Origin: Bacteroidia bacterium
GTDB lineage: Bacteria > Bacteroidota > Bacteroidia > B-17B0 > Aurantibacillaceae
DNA: 64,000 bases
NCBI GenBank assembly: GCA_044229775.1
Contig: JBGASH010000001.1
Coordinates: 10,409-74,408 of the forward strand
Direction: 5' to 3'
Shown piece after piece: positions 19,922 through 29,428 of this stretch (its first letter is position 1; the number at the start of each line of letters is the position of its first letter). The notes beneath the pieces were generated by a model, which had not been told where the DNA came from, made no database searches, and saw nothing but the letters and a program-made list of their open reading frames with translations. A program made the translations under genes and the position numbers.

Positions 19922-19972
19922 ATGTAAATCGGCTTATTTTTTGGTTCGTTCAACCCCATTCATATAGGACAT

Positions 19973-20497
19973 ATGGTAATTGCCAATTACATGGTAGAGT
20001 TTACCGATATGGAACAGATCTGGTTTGTTATCTCGCCGCATAATCCATTAAAGGAAAAAGCGGGACTCATAAATCAGAACCAGCGCTTGTATATGGTGAA
20101 TTCGGCTATTGAGGATTTTAATAAATTTCGCAGTAGCAGTATCGAATTTAATTTACCGCAACCAAGTTATACCATTAATACCTTAGCGCATCTTAAAGAA
20201 AAATATCCCGAGCACACATTTAGTTTAATAATGGGACAAGATAACCTTACCACCTTTGATAAATGGAAGAATTACGAGGAGATCATTTCGCGGCACAAAA
20301 TTTATGTTTATCCTCGGCCCGAAGCAAAGTCATCGCCATTCGATAACCATCCCAATGTTATTTTAACGCAAGCGCCCATGATGGATATTTCTTCCACTTT
20401 TATCCGAAAGGCCATTAAAGAAAAAAAGAACATGATGTTCTTTCTACCGGGTAAGGCCTGGGAATACGTGGATGGTTTAAATTTATACCAAAAATGA
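19973..20497 (+). CDS. nadD: Nicotinate-nucleotide adenylyltransferase; the intact ORF lacks the N-terminal HxGH motif
   Basis: VISPHNPLK...IEFNLPQPSYTINTL...ISSTFIR are NadD motifs. The expected N-terminus (IGLFFGSFNPIHIGH) is encoded in-frame upstream at 19928-19972, but it follows ATG-TAA at 19922-19927. Confidence 0.8.
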   Translation: MVIANYMVEFTDMEQIWFVISPHNPLKEKAGLINQNQRLYMVNSAIEDFNKFRSSSIEFNLPQPSYTINTLAHLKEKYPEHTFSLIMGQDNLTTFDKWKNYEEIISRHKIYVYPRPEAKSSPFDNHPNVILTQAPMMDISSTFIRKAIKEKKNMMFFLPGKAWEYVDGLNLYQK

Positions 20498-20814
20498 GTT
20501 ATGACCTGAATGGTCTTTTGGCCGGACTTATTTTTGTGGGTATGGGAGGCGTAGCGCTTCTTTTAATGATCGTTGCTTTGCCCATTCGTTTTGTTGGAAA
20601 AAATAAAGTTTGGTTCGTGAAACTATCTATGTGCGCTATTACTTTTTTTGTAATAGGATTAGCGGGTGTTTCTGTCTTATGGATCTGCGACGGGTCTTAT
20701 TCTTCAAAAGCATTTAGAAAGCTGATGGACGAAATATTTGGTTGGGTAGCGCTAGTGATTGCGCTGGGAGTTAGTGTTTTTATTTTTATGAAAAAACCTT
20801 CTTCTCCAGAATAG
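20494..20814 (+). CDS. Small hypothetical membrane protein
   Basis: Three predicted TM helices. I recognise no family. Confidence 0.4.
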   Translation: MSYDLNGLLAGLIFVGMGGVALLLMIVALPIRFVGKNKVWFVKLSMCAITFFVIGLAGVSVLWICDGSYSSKAFRKLMDEIFGWVALVIALGVSVFIFMKKPSSPE

Positions 20815-21955
20815 AGGCGCTCATCTTTTTTAAGAAGTCAATAAAGAAACTAAAGAACACTATAAATAAGCCCACCAGAATAGAAAAGGCGCTGAGCGCG
20901 GTTGTACGTACATGAACAGGATCTAAATTTCCAAAGCCCACGTTCGACCACTTAAACACCTCCGATAAAAATAAAATTACCCCGGCCGCAATAACCGTGG
21001 ATCCTAAAATTAGTCCAAAACCCAAAGTAAATTTTTTACGGATCCAATCAATATTATACCTAATGCGTTTTACGCCTGATATACTAGAAAGTGTATCGGC
21101 GAGTAAACCAAATCCAAAAATAAAAACAGAAGCGGCCAGCATCATTACGCCCATCACAAAACTATTATTATCTAAATAAACATTATCGGTTATTTCAAAA
21201 TGTCCCGATCCGGTTAAAATGACTAATGTTGAACCAAAAACAAAAAAGAAAAGGGCGGGGATCCAATACAACCAAAAGGGCGCAAACATTAAAAGAAATT
21301 GCAAATGCCGCCAACCATCCGACCAGGTTTTTAAATGTGGCGCTCTGTCACGCCCGTCTTTGCGCAAGATAATAGGCACTTCGTCCATGCTTAAACCGGC
21401 AATAGAAGCTTTTACGATCATTTCAGAAGCGAACTCCATTCCGGTTGCACTTAAGTGGAGACGTTCTCTGATGTCTGTTTTAAAGCCGCGAAGTCCGCAA
21501 TGAAAATCTTTTGTTTTAAGATCAAAGAATAAACGGCCCAAAAAAGAAAGCACTGGGTTTCCAAGGTACCGATGCAAAAATGGCATAGCGCCTTTTTCAA
21601 TTCCTCCCTTAAAACGATTGCCTATAACCAGATCATTACCGTCACGTAATTTTTCTAAGAAGGGTTCTAACTTTGAAAGGTCGTACGATTGATCGCTATC
21701 GGCCATAATGCAATATTTACCTTTAGCATTTTCTATTCCCGTAATGAGGGCGGCACCATAACCGCGTTTTTCAACATGTATTACCCGAGCGCCTGCTTCG
21801 TTTGCTATCTTAATACTGTTATCGGTACTCCCGTTATCGGCAACAATGATCTCGGCAACATAACCGTTTTTGGAAATGCAATTTTGCGCGTCTTTAATAC
21901 AGGCGCCAAGGGTGCGATCTTCGTTAAGGCAGGGCAAAATAATGCTTAATTCCAT
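20786..21955 (-). CDS. Glycosyltransferase family 2 with C-terminal TM domain (polyprenyl-phosphate sugar transferase-like)
   Basis: LSIILPCLNE...VADNGSTD...MADSDQSYD, followed by several TM helices. Confidence 0.8.
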   Translation of the reverse strand: MELSIILPCLNEDRTLGACIKDAQNCISKNGYVAEIIVADNGSTDNSIKIANEAGARVIHVEKRGYGAALITGIENAKGKYCIMADSDQSYDLSKLEPFLEKLRDGNDLVIGNRFKGGIEKGAMPFLHRYLGNPVLSFLGRLFFDLKTKDFHCGLRGFKTDIRERLHLSATGMEFASEMIVKASIAGLSMDEVPIILRKDGRDRAPHLKTWSDGWRHLQFLLMFAPFWLYWIPALFFFVFGSTLVILTGSGHFEITDNVYLDNNSFVMGVMMLAASVFIFGFGLLADTLSSISGVKRIRYNIDWIRKKFTLGFGLILGSTVIAAGVILFLSEVFKWSNVGFGNLDPVHVRTTALSAFSILVGLFIVFFSFFIDFLKKMSASILEKKVFS

Positions 21956-22066
21956 ATTGACCTAACGAAGTTAGAAAAACAGGAGGAAGCGGCAAACTTA
22001 TTTTGTAAGGTTTTGGTAAAACAGAAGAGATAATTGGTAAAAATGCATATTTTTATATTTTAATAA

Positions 22067-23383
22067 ATGTTGACAAGCCCACACCCAAAAAGCATAAAAC
22101 TTCTGTTAAGAGGTTATGGCCTGTACATTTTTACATTTTGTTTTTGCTACCTGATCTTATATTTTTTTGATGTATTTGATTTCCTTCCTGCCAACGATAA
22201 TATTTTAAAATGGGACGCCTTTTGGTACACCTCCATTAAAACTAACGGCTACTATTACCATTGGTACGAGCCCTCTAACAGCGCGTTTTTCCCCTTATTC
22301 CCATACCTATGGAAATTTTTGTTCTTAAGCAACGCTGGGATAGCGCTTTTTAATTTTGTGTTGCTGTTGTTAAGTTTAGGCCTGTTGTATTTTAACTTTG
22401 ATCTTAATTCGCGTCAGCTTTTTATTTATCTTTCAATTCCATCTTCCATCTTCTTCTTTTTACCCTTCTCCGAATCGCTCTTCTTTTTATTTGGAACAAT
22501 TATGCTGACAGGGTTTCATAAGAATAATTTGAAACTCATTCTTATAGGATTATTTTTTACCTCTCTTACAAGAGCTACAGCCATGTTCTTTGTTCCAGCC
22601 ATAATTCTTATGGAATTTATGAACTCAGAGAAACTGTTCGACAAAAAAATGCTGAAGAACATTGCGCTTTATTCGCTCATGGCAATAGCAGGACTTTTGG
22701 TAGTGGTGTTATTTCAATATGCGCAAACCGGCGAGTGGTTTGCTTTTGCCAAGCAACAGGTTAAATACTGGCAGCATCATTTTTCGTTACCGGGTTTTCC
22801 GCTTATTTCATTAGGAGGCAAACGCATCTTGTGGATTGACCTGACGGCCTTTCTTTTTTCGGTTACGGCCCTTGTTGTAACAATAGTATTTGCGCTTAAA
22901 AAATTCTTAAAGAAAAAGAGCGATATCAATAAGCAAAAGGCTTTCTGGTTTTCGACGGGTTATTTATTGATGACGGTATTGTATGGCTTGTTCTTTAACC
23001 CTAAACAACTCGATATGCAGACCACCATTGAGGGTACTAACCGGTACGTGTTGGCCAGCGTTTTTTTTCTGATATTTTTCACAGGAGCCATAAAAAATTT
23101 TAAACCCCGGATCTTCAATTTCATTTGTTTTGGAGTTATTGCGGTAGTAACGTTCTTATTTTTTGGCTTGGGTGGCGAAGGCTTGTTGTTTTTGGAAAAA
23201 AGCAAGAGTAATGATTTCCGTAACGGCATTTTCTTTTTTTGCCTCTTTATTTACGCGGCCCTCTATTATTTATCGGGCAGCCGTAAATATGGTGTTGTCT
23301 TTTCTTATATTTTGATCTGCATTAATATTCTTTTATCAGCCTTGGTACTATACGATTATACTAATGGTGTTTTTATAGCGTGA
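22067..23383 (+). CDS. Polytopic membrane protein, possible GT-C-type glycosyltransferase
   Basis: About 12 TM helices. Divergent from the GT2 gene. Assignment rests on architecture only. Confidence 0.45.
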   Translation: MLTSPHPKSIKLLLRGYGLYIFTFCFCYLILYFFDVFDFLPANDNILKWDAFWYTSIKTNGYYYHWYEPSNSAFFPLFPYLWKFLFLSNAGIALFNFVLLLLSLGLLYFNFDLNSRQLFIYLSIPSSIFFFLPFSESLFFLFGTIMLTGFHKNNLKLILIGLFFTSLTRATAMFFVPAIILMEFMNSEKLFDKKMLKNIALYSLMAIAGLLVVVLFQYAQTGEWFAFAKQQVKYWQHHFSLPGFPLISLGGKRILWIDLTAFLFSVTALVVTIVFALKKFLKKKSDINKQKAFWFSTGYLLMTVLYGLFFNPKQLDMQTTIEGTNRYVLASVFFLIFFTGAIKNFKPRIFNFICFGVIAVVTFLFFGLGGEGLLFLEKSKSNDFRNGIFFFCLFIYAALYYLSGSRKYGVVFSYILICINILLSALVLYDYTNGVFIA

Positions 23384-24381
23384 AGCAACTTGTTAACATA
23401 TTCATTTTTACTGGCCTGCTGTGTTCGTGTTATCACAAGGAAAAGGAAACGCTTAAAACTATTTTTATGGCCGAAACCAATTTTAGCGATTCGTGTACAA
23501 CCAATAAAGTGAAAACGATTAACGATGATTATTTTACACGAGTTGATGGTAAGAATGTTTTTAGTGCGGGCATTGTGTATTACATTCCTGTTAAAATGCC
23601 CACCACTATGATGCGGGTATACGTTGATTTTGATTGCCGTAAGGGAGGAGAGGATTTCGGACAAAGTTTAATTGTGTCGCTGCAAAAAGGCGATTCGATA
23701 GTGGAGTGGAAAAAATTTCCTTTGGCTGGAATGGACATAGGAGAAAAAGTTTGGGTACACATTTCGGATAGCACGCAGTTTTTATATAAGAATCCGTTCC
23801 ATAAGCCTATGCAGGTGAAGGTATTTGCGTTTGACCGACATAAGAAATCTTACATGGAAATGAATAAACTTAAGGTGGTAATAAAGGAAGTTAACGGAAC
23901 CGAAGGAAAGAAAGAGCCACAGAATAAAAATATTGTTTTTTCAAAATTCATTGATTTTGAAGATTCACTTATCAAGCCCAGAACAACTGGCTGCGCGTTT
24001 AGCGGCAAATATTTTGCACGTGTTGACGGAAAAATTATTTACGGAGGCGGGACCATGTACGAATTACCGGCGGAGCTCAATACCAAGAAATTGGTAGCCC
24101 GTCTAAATTATTTTTGTCGAACCGTTGGTCCCGATTCGCTTATCAAAATGATCGTGGCGGTTCAAAACGACGACACCCTTTTGGTATGGAAAGATTTTTC
24201 GATCAGGAAATATAAAATGCGACCGGGTACCTGGACAAACATAACCGATACGGTACAATTTAACTACGATGCCGGAACAAAAAAGAACATGCAGCTAAGG
24301 GTGTTTGCTTACAACCTAAGTAAAGAAGCTTTTATTGATATTGACGATCTTTATGTTGAATTAGAAAAGAAAAGTAAGTAG
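23380..24381 (+). CDS. Lipoprotein with an internally duplicated domain of about 120 aa
   Basis: Lipobox LLCSC. Two homologous halves (F.RVDGK...Y.P......VFA(F/Y)...). Confidence 0.45.
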   Translation: MKQLVNIFIFTGLLCSCYHKEKETLKTIFMAETNFSDSCTTNKVKTINDDYFTRVDGKNVFSAGIVYYIPVKMPTTMMRVYVDFDCRKGGEDFGQSLIVSLQKGDSIVEWKKFPLAGMDIGEKVWVHISDSTQFLYKNPFHKPMQVKVFAFDRHKKSYMEMNKLKVVIKEVNGTEGKKEPQNKNIVFSKFIDFEDSLIKPRTTGCAFSGKYFARVDGKIIYGGGTMYELPAELNTKKLVARLNYFCRTVGPDSLIKMIVAVQNDDTLLVWKDFSIRKYKMRPGTWTNITDTVQFNYDAGTKKNMQLRVFAYNLSKEAFIDIDDLYVELEKKSK

Positions 24382-24869
24382 TGAAAATTAGTTTTAGGCC
24401 TATAGAGAAAAAAGACAACGCTGCAATGGCGGATGTGATACGGGTTATTTTTAGGGAAATGAATATCATACAGGAAGGCACCGTTTATACCGACCCCACA
24501 ACCGACAACTTATATGAGCTTTTTAAAACGCCCAATTCCAAATATTTTGTAGCAGAAGAAAACGGAAAAGTCATAGGAGGTTGCGGCATTTTTCCTTCTC
24601 AGGGTTTACCGGAGGGCTGCACAGAATTGGTTAAACTGTATTTATCGTCGCACGCTCAGGGAAAAGGTATAGGAAATGAACTGATGCAAAAAAGTATTAA
24701 CACGGCAAGGGAATTAGGTTATAAGCAAATATATTTGGAAAGTTTTCCTGAATTTGCCAAGGCCGTGGAAATGTATGAAAAGTCGGATTTTAAAAGACTA
24801 AAAGCACCGTTGGGAAACACCGGGCATTTTTCGTGCAACGTTTGGATGGTAAAAGATCTAACTAAATAA
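24381..24869 (+). CDS. GNAT-family N-acetyltransferase
   Basis: Acetyl-CoA binding pattern (HAQGKGIGNELMQ). Confidence 0.8.
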   Translation: MKISFRPIEKKDNAAMADVIRVIFREMNIIQEGTVYTDPTTDNLYELFKTPNSKYFVAEENGKVIGGCGIFPSQGLPEGCTELVKLYLSSHAQGKGIGNELMQKSINTARELGYKQIYLESFPEFAKAVEMYEKSDFKRLKAPLGNTGHFSCNVWMVKDLTK

Positions 24870-24881
24870 AAATTATATAAT

Positions 24882-25595
24882 ATGTCGCATCAACATCATC
24901 ATGAAGAGGGCCATTTAAAAAGCTCAGAGTTCATTACCGATATTGTAATTGGTATGAGCGATGGATTAACCGTTCCTTTTGCCTTAGCGGCCGGCTTAAG
25001 CGGCGCGGTAAGCAACAATACCATTGTAATTACCGCTGGCATTGCTGAGATCGTTGCGGGCTGTATCGCTATGGGATTAGGTGGTTATCTGGCAGGAAAA
25101 ACCGAGCAAGAACATTACGAAAGTGAATTGAAACGCGAATACAAAGAAGTGGAAGTAGTGCCAGAGCGCGAGATGCAGGAAGTAAGAGACGTGTTTGCCG
25201 AGTACGGAATAAGCGCGGAAGGACAAAACATGATCGCTAACGAATTATCGAAAGACAAAAAGAAATGGGTGGATTTTATGATGAAATTTGAATTGGGGTT
25301 GGAGGAACCGCACCCCGATCGTGCACGGAATTCGGCTTTGACCATTGGAGCTGCCTATTTCGTAGGCGGACTTTTACCTTTGTCGGCCTATTTTTTTACA
25401 GATACACCACATAACGGTTTGATAGTCTCTATCGTTTTTACAACAATATGTTTGTTTGTATTCGGTTATTTTAAAAGTAAAGTAACCGGTCAGCCTAAAC
25501 TCAAAGGCGCACTAAAAGTAACTGCCATTGGACTTGTAGCCGCCGCCGCAGCGTATTTTGTAGCGGTGAGCTTTGATAAGATGTTTGGAAGCTAA
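24882..25595 (+). CDS. VIT1/CCC1-family iron/manganese transporter
   Basis: GMSDGLTVPFALAAG motif, central acidic cytoplasmic loop, C-terminal TM helices. Confidence 0.8.
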   Translation: MSHQHHHEEGHLKSSEFITDIVIGMSDGLTVPFALAAGLSGAVSNNTIVITAGIAEIVAGCIAMGLGGYLAGKTEQEHYESELKREYKEVEVVPEREMQEVRDVFAEYGISAEGQNMIANELSKDKKKWVDFMMKFELGLEEPHPDRARNSALTIGAAYFVGGLLPLSAYFFTDTPHNGLIVSIVFTTICLFVFGYFKSKVTGQPKLKGALKVTAIGLVAAAAAYFVAVSFDKMFGS

Positions 25596-25603
25596 TGCAA
25601 AAA

Positions 25604-27481
25604 TTAATAAGGAATTAAAGGCGTTACTTTTTCCTGTTCTTCCTCGGTTGACAAGGCTTTGATATCGGCAGCAGTGAGCTTTGCTTTTTGACTGTAAAGC
25701 TTGAATATTTCAGCGTTTGCCGGCATACCACAACCTGCGCATTTGGTGTACCCAAAATCGGTTTGGCTTGGCGTAATTTTACTGCCACAGTTAAAGCCCC
25801 CAAAGGCATTGTTTTTTTCCGCTTTAGCGGCACCACTAAGCGCAACGCGCGACATTACCTTTCCGGTTTCGGTATCAATGATCACGTAATTAACCGCGTG
25901 ATTAAATGCTTCAACTTTTATATACACGTTATTTTTGGCACGCTTATCGGCGAGCATTGCAATTTCTTCTGCCGTAGTAACTTTGTAAGAATAAGGATAA
26001 ACCGCTTTGATCTCGTCTTCAGTTGCAGAGGTCAATTCTTTATCAATGAGCAATCGTTTGTCTTTTAAAACATTTACCAGTTCACCGCGGTCAAATTCGG
26101 TATCTAGGTTATAGAATGTTTTTATTTTTTCGATCACATATGATAGTTCGCCATTAGAAGGAACATCATTTTGTAAGGCCACCTTAAATTTATTTTCGTA
26201 CAACTTGGTATCGTTCTTACCATCTTTACCATCTACGTAAGCCATAGAGATATTATAAACCAAAAACGGCACTTGTTCCATTTCTTTTTTACCCGGAAGC
26301 AAAAAGATCACCTTATCATAATTCTCGTCAAAATTTAACGCTTTGGCTTTTGTTTCAGTAATAAACTCAAAAGGCGTTTCTTTCCACTGGTCATTGATGG
26401 CTTTAGAAAGATTGTCGTTATACTTTTTAATATTCTGTTTGTACTGCTCCAGTTGTTGCGCGTTCTTAGATATTTTTGCTACTTCCTCAGGGTTTTCTTC
26501 AAGCAATACCACAAGTAATTTGCGTTTTTTAAATTCGTCAAGGTGAAAGAAAGGCACGGCCTCTTTTGGCTTTGCTACTACTACCGGTTTGGTTTCGGTA
26601 GTTTCTTTTTTAGGATCTTCTTTCTTTTTATCGTCAACTTTTTTTGGCTTCTCTGCCTCTTTCTTTTCTGCAGGTTTAGCCTCTTCTTTTTTCTTTTTAT
26701 CAGTTTCTTCTTTTTTTTCTTTTTCTACGTCTTTGTTAGCTTCTTTCTTTTTCTTTTCGATCTCTTTTAGTTTGTCTTCCAATTCTTTTTTGGCTTTCTC
26801 CAGCTCTTGTTCCTCTTTGCTTAATTCTTTATTTACTTTAGCGCTTTCTTCCTTTTTCTTGGCTTCTTCTTCTTTCTTCTTTTTATCTTCTTCCGCTTTT
26901 TTCTTAGCCTCTTCTTCTTTTTTAGCTTTTTCTATTTCCTTCGAATCTTTTTCAAGATCTTTTTGTTCTTTTTCAAGCGCTTTTTGTTTTTCGGCCAATT
27001 CTTTTTTCTTCTGTTCTAGTTCTTTCGCTTTTTTGTCAGCCTCATCCTGTTTCGCTTTGTTCGGATCTTCTTTTTTGTTGTCTTTCTTTTTAACTTCAGG
27101 TTCAACAGCGCCGGTTGGTTTATAAATAATATCTACTACTTTTAATTTATCGGGATCAGATACTTTAAAGGTTGTTGGTTCGCCAAGGGTGAACATAACG
27201 CGTGCGCGGCCCCGTAAAGCGTCGTTTACTTCATTGGTTCGGTCGGCGGCTATTTTTTTAAATTCTGATTTGTGATAATAACTTATAACAGTTGCGTCGG
27301 TTGGAACGCCTCCTAATTTAGCAATGAAAGCGTCAATTTTTTTGCTGGTGGTATCGGGCAAGCCGGTTAGTTGCGAAAAGTGAAAATATAAATGCAGGGT
27401 ATCCGCTTTCTGACCATTCAGATAAGATCCGGTTGATCCTGCAAAAAGCAGAAGAAATAATGTTCTTTTTATAGCTTTCAT
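25604..27481 (-). CDS. Secreted protein with a Lys/Glu-rich low-complexity region of about 180 aa
   Basis: Signal peptide (MKAIKRTLFLLLFAGS). I place the start at ATG 27481, in an ATGA overlap with the upstream GNAT stop. K/E-rich coiled region. The C-terminal domain has a CGSK...CAGCG cysteine motif. Confidence 0.5.
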   Translation of the reverse strand: MKAIKRTLFLLLFAGSTGSYLNGQKADTLHLYFHFSQLTGLPDTTSKKIDAFIAKLGGVPTDATVISYYHKSEFKKIAADRTNEVNDALRGRARVMFTLGEPTTFKVSDPDKLKVVDIIYKPTGAVEPEVKKKDNKKEDPNKAKQDEADKKAKELEQKKKELAEKQKALEKEQKDLEKDSKEIEKAKKEEEAKKKAEEDKKKKEEEAKKKEESAKVNKELSKEEQELEKAKKELEDKLKEIEKKKKEANKDVEKEKKEETDKKKKEEAKPAEKKEAEKPKKVDDKKKEDPKKETTETKPVVVAKPKEAVPFFHLDEFKKRKLLVVLLEENPEEVAKISKNAQQLEQYKQNIKKYNDNLSKAINDQWKETPFEFITETKAKALNFDENYDKVIFLLPGKKEMEQVPFLVYNISMAYVDGKDGKNDTKLYENKFKVALQNDVPSNGELSYVIEKIKTFYNLDTEFDRGELVNVLKDKRLLIDKELTSATEDEIKAVYPYSYKVTTAEEIAMLADKRAKNNVYIKVEAFNHAVNYVIIDTETGKVMSRVALSGAAKAEKNNAFGGFNCGSKITPSQTDFGYTKCAGCGMPANAEIFKLYSQKAKLTAADIKALSTEEEQEKVTPLIPY

Positions 27482-28023
27482 AGTATGGTATTTTGCCATT
27501 GCTGGTAATTTAGCCTAAAGATAAAAACTTTCATGTTTCTCCACAAAGTTTCTTTTTGGAGGGTCATTCCATTGTGTTTGGCCACATTTTGAGAGGGAAT
27601 GTTCTCTGGATGTATGATAGAAACGAGCGATTCGCTTAGGTTATTGCTAAAGGCGTAATTTTTGAAGAATCCGGCGGCTTCTGCAGCGTATCCTTTACCC
27701 CGGTATTCGGGAAAAAGGTGATAGCCTATTTCCAGCTCGGTTTTATCGTCAACTATTTGTGTCATTAATCCACACTGACCAATAAAGGCACCTGTTGTTT
27801 TATCTAATAAGGCATGAAGGCCGTATTCTTTATCTTCGTAACGCTTCATGGTTTTTTCTACCCAGGCCTTTGCTCTTTCTTCATTGGTTTCAAGACCGGT
27901 ATTTGGAAAGAATTTACGGGTAGCATCATCTTCGAAAAAACGTGCCCATATTTTTTGATCATCAATAACCAGTTTTCTGGTTTTCAATCGGGGCGTGACA
28001 AAACTGTCCGGATAGAAATACAT
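27478..28023 (-). CDS. GNAT-family N-acetyltransferase (RimJ/RimL-like)
   Basis: EIGYHLFPEYRGKGYAAEAA motif. Confidence 0.8.
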   Translation of the reverse strand: MYFYPDSFVTPRLKTRKLVIDDQKIWARFFEDDATRKFFPNTGLETNEERAKAWVEKTMKRYEDKEYGLHALLDKTTGAFIGQCGLMTQIVDDKTELEIGYHLFPEYRGKGYAAEAAGFFKNYAFSNNLSESLVSIIHPENIPSQNVAKHNGMTLQKETLWRNMKVFIFRLNYQQWQNTIL

Positions 28024-28029
28024 TAAAGT

Positions 28030-29424
28030 TTAAAACGAAAACATTTCGGCAACAAAGCCGGGAACGAGACCTAAGGCCAAAGTAATAAGCGTTGTTAATA
28101 ACACCACCATTTTGCCAGATAGTTCCATAGGAACAGGTTCAGTTTCGGCTGCAGGTTTAAAATACATGGCAATAATTATTTTGAAATAGTAATAAGCCCC
28201 AACGGCCGAAGTTAAAATGGCCAGTATCAAGAGCCATTTATAAGATGTGCCAATCATAATGGTAAAAACAAAATACTTGGCAAAGAAACCTGCCGTAACC
28301 GGAATTCCAGCTAACGATAACATGGCAACCACCATGCAAGCGGCCATCATGGGATTACGTTTACCCAAGCCATTGAAGGCGTCAAATGTTTCGTCGCCTT
28401 TTTTGGTGACATTATATAAAACCGTAAAGCCTGCAATAGATCCAATAGAATAAGCAAGCGAATAATACAATAAGGCGCCTAAGGTTGCATTTGAACGCTG
28501 ATTGGCCAGTACCAGCATTAACATAAAGGCGGCATGGCTAATACTTGAATAGGCCAACATGCGTTTGGCGTTGGTTTGCATGGCCGCGCTGAAATTGGAG
28601 ATGATCAATGATAGGGCAATGATGACCGAGAGAATAACGGTCCACAGATCGCTAACGCTGCCAAAACCAATTAAGAACAACCGTAAAATAGCAGCGAAAG
28701 CCGCCGTTTTTACAATGGTGCTCATTAACGCGGTAATTACGGTAGGAGAACCTTGATACACATCAGGTGCCCAAAAGTGAAAAGGAGCAGCCGATACTTT
28801 AAAACACATAGCGATTAAAAGCATTATAATGCCTGCGTAAAAGAACAACGGCATGGTGCCTGGCGCATAAGAAGAAATTTTGGCGCGAATTTCCATGATA
28901 TCAAAACTTCCGGTAGCGCCATAGATCAATGCAATTCCAAATAATAAGAACCCACTGGCAAAAGACCCCATTATTAAATATTTGAAGCCCGCTTCGTTTG
29001 AAGCTACATCTTTCTTTTTGCTTGCGGCCAATACATAAAGCGGAATACTCATGATCTCTATTCCTAAAAATAAAGTGGTCATGTTCTTAAACGCGGTAAG
29101 CATTAAAGCGCCGGTAATAGCGAACAACACAAGGGCGGTATGATCAACAATGCTTGTTTCGTTCTCAAAATAATCGTTGGCCATAATGAACCAGAAGAAA
29201 GCAGTTGCTAAAATTACTCCGCTAAAAGCGATGGCCATCTTATCAAATGCGATCATGTTGTTAAATGCAGCAATGCTAAAGCCGTTGTTCCATTCCATAA
29301 AATTGGCAACGTATGCACCAATAACACCCAACAGTACGAGCGGAAGTAATATTTTTTTGAATTTGAATATTTCAGCCAGCATGGCTAAAATCCCTAATCC
29401 GCTTATAATAAGTAATCCTTTCAT
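28030..29424 (-). CDS. nuoN: NADH-quinone oxidoreductase subunit N
   Basis: Polytopic antiporter-like subunit. Last gene of the nuo cluster. Confidence 0.85.
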   Translation of the reverse strand: MKGLLIISGLGILAMLAEIFKFKKILLPLVLLGVIGAYVANFMEWNNGFSIAAFNNMIAFDKMAIAFSGVILATAFFWFIMANDYFENETSIVDHTALVLFAITGALMLTAFKNMTTLFLGIEIMSIPLYVLAASKKKDVASNEAGFKYLIMGSFASGFLLFGIALIYGATGSFDIMEIRAKISSYAPGTMPLFFYAGIIMLLIAMCFKVSAAPFHFWAPDVYQGSPTVITALMSTIVKTAAFAAILRLFLIGFGSVSDLWTVILSVIIALSLIISNFSAAMQTNAKRMLAYSSISHAAFMLMLVLANQRSNATLGALLYYSLAYSIGSIAGFTVLYNVTKKGDETFDAFNGLGKRNPMMAACMVVAMLSLAGIPVTAGFFAKYFVFTIMIGTSYKWLLILAILTSAVGAYYYFKIIIAMYFKPAAETEPVPMELSGKMVVLLTTLITLALGLVPGFVAEMFSF

Positions 29425-29428
29425 AATC

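Noticed and set aside
1294-19927. TAA reassigned as a sense codon (alternative genetic code), to explain the two in-frame TAA codons
   Set aside because: Many well-delimited genes in the window (for example leuS-adjacent genes, nuo genes and radA-adjacent ORFs) terminate sensibly at TAA. Point mutations or base-call errors are far more likely.
26343-27125. Ser/Phe/Leu-rich plus-strand ORFs (up to 178 aa)
   Set aside because: They are antisense shadows of the purine-rich Lys/Glu-coding tract of gene 25604-27481.
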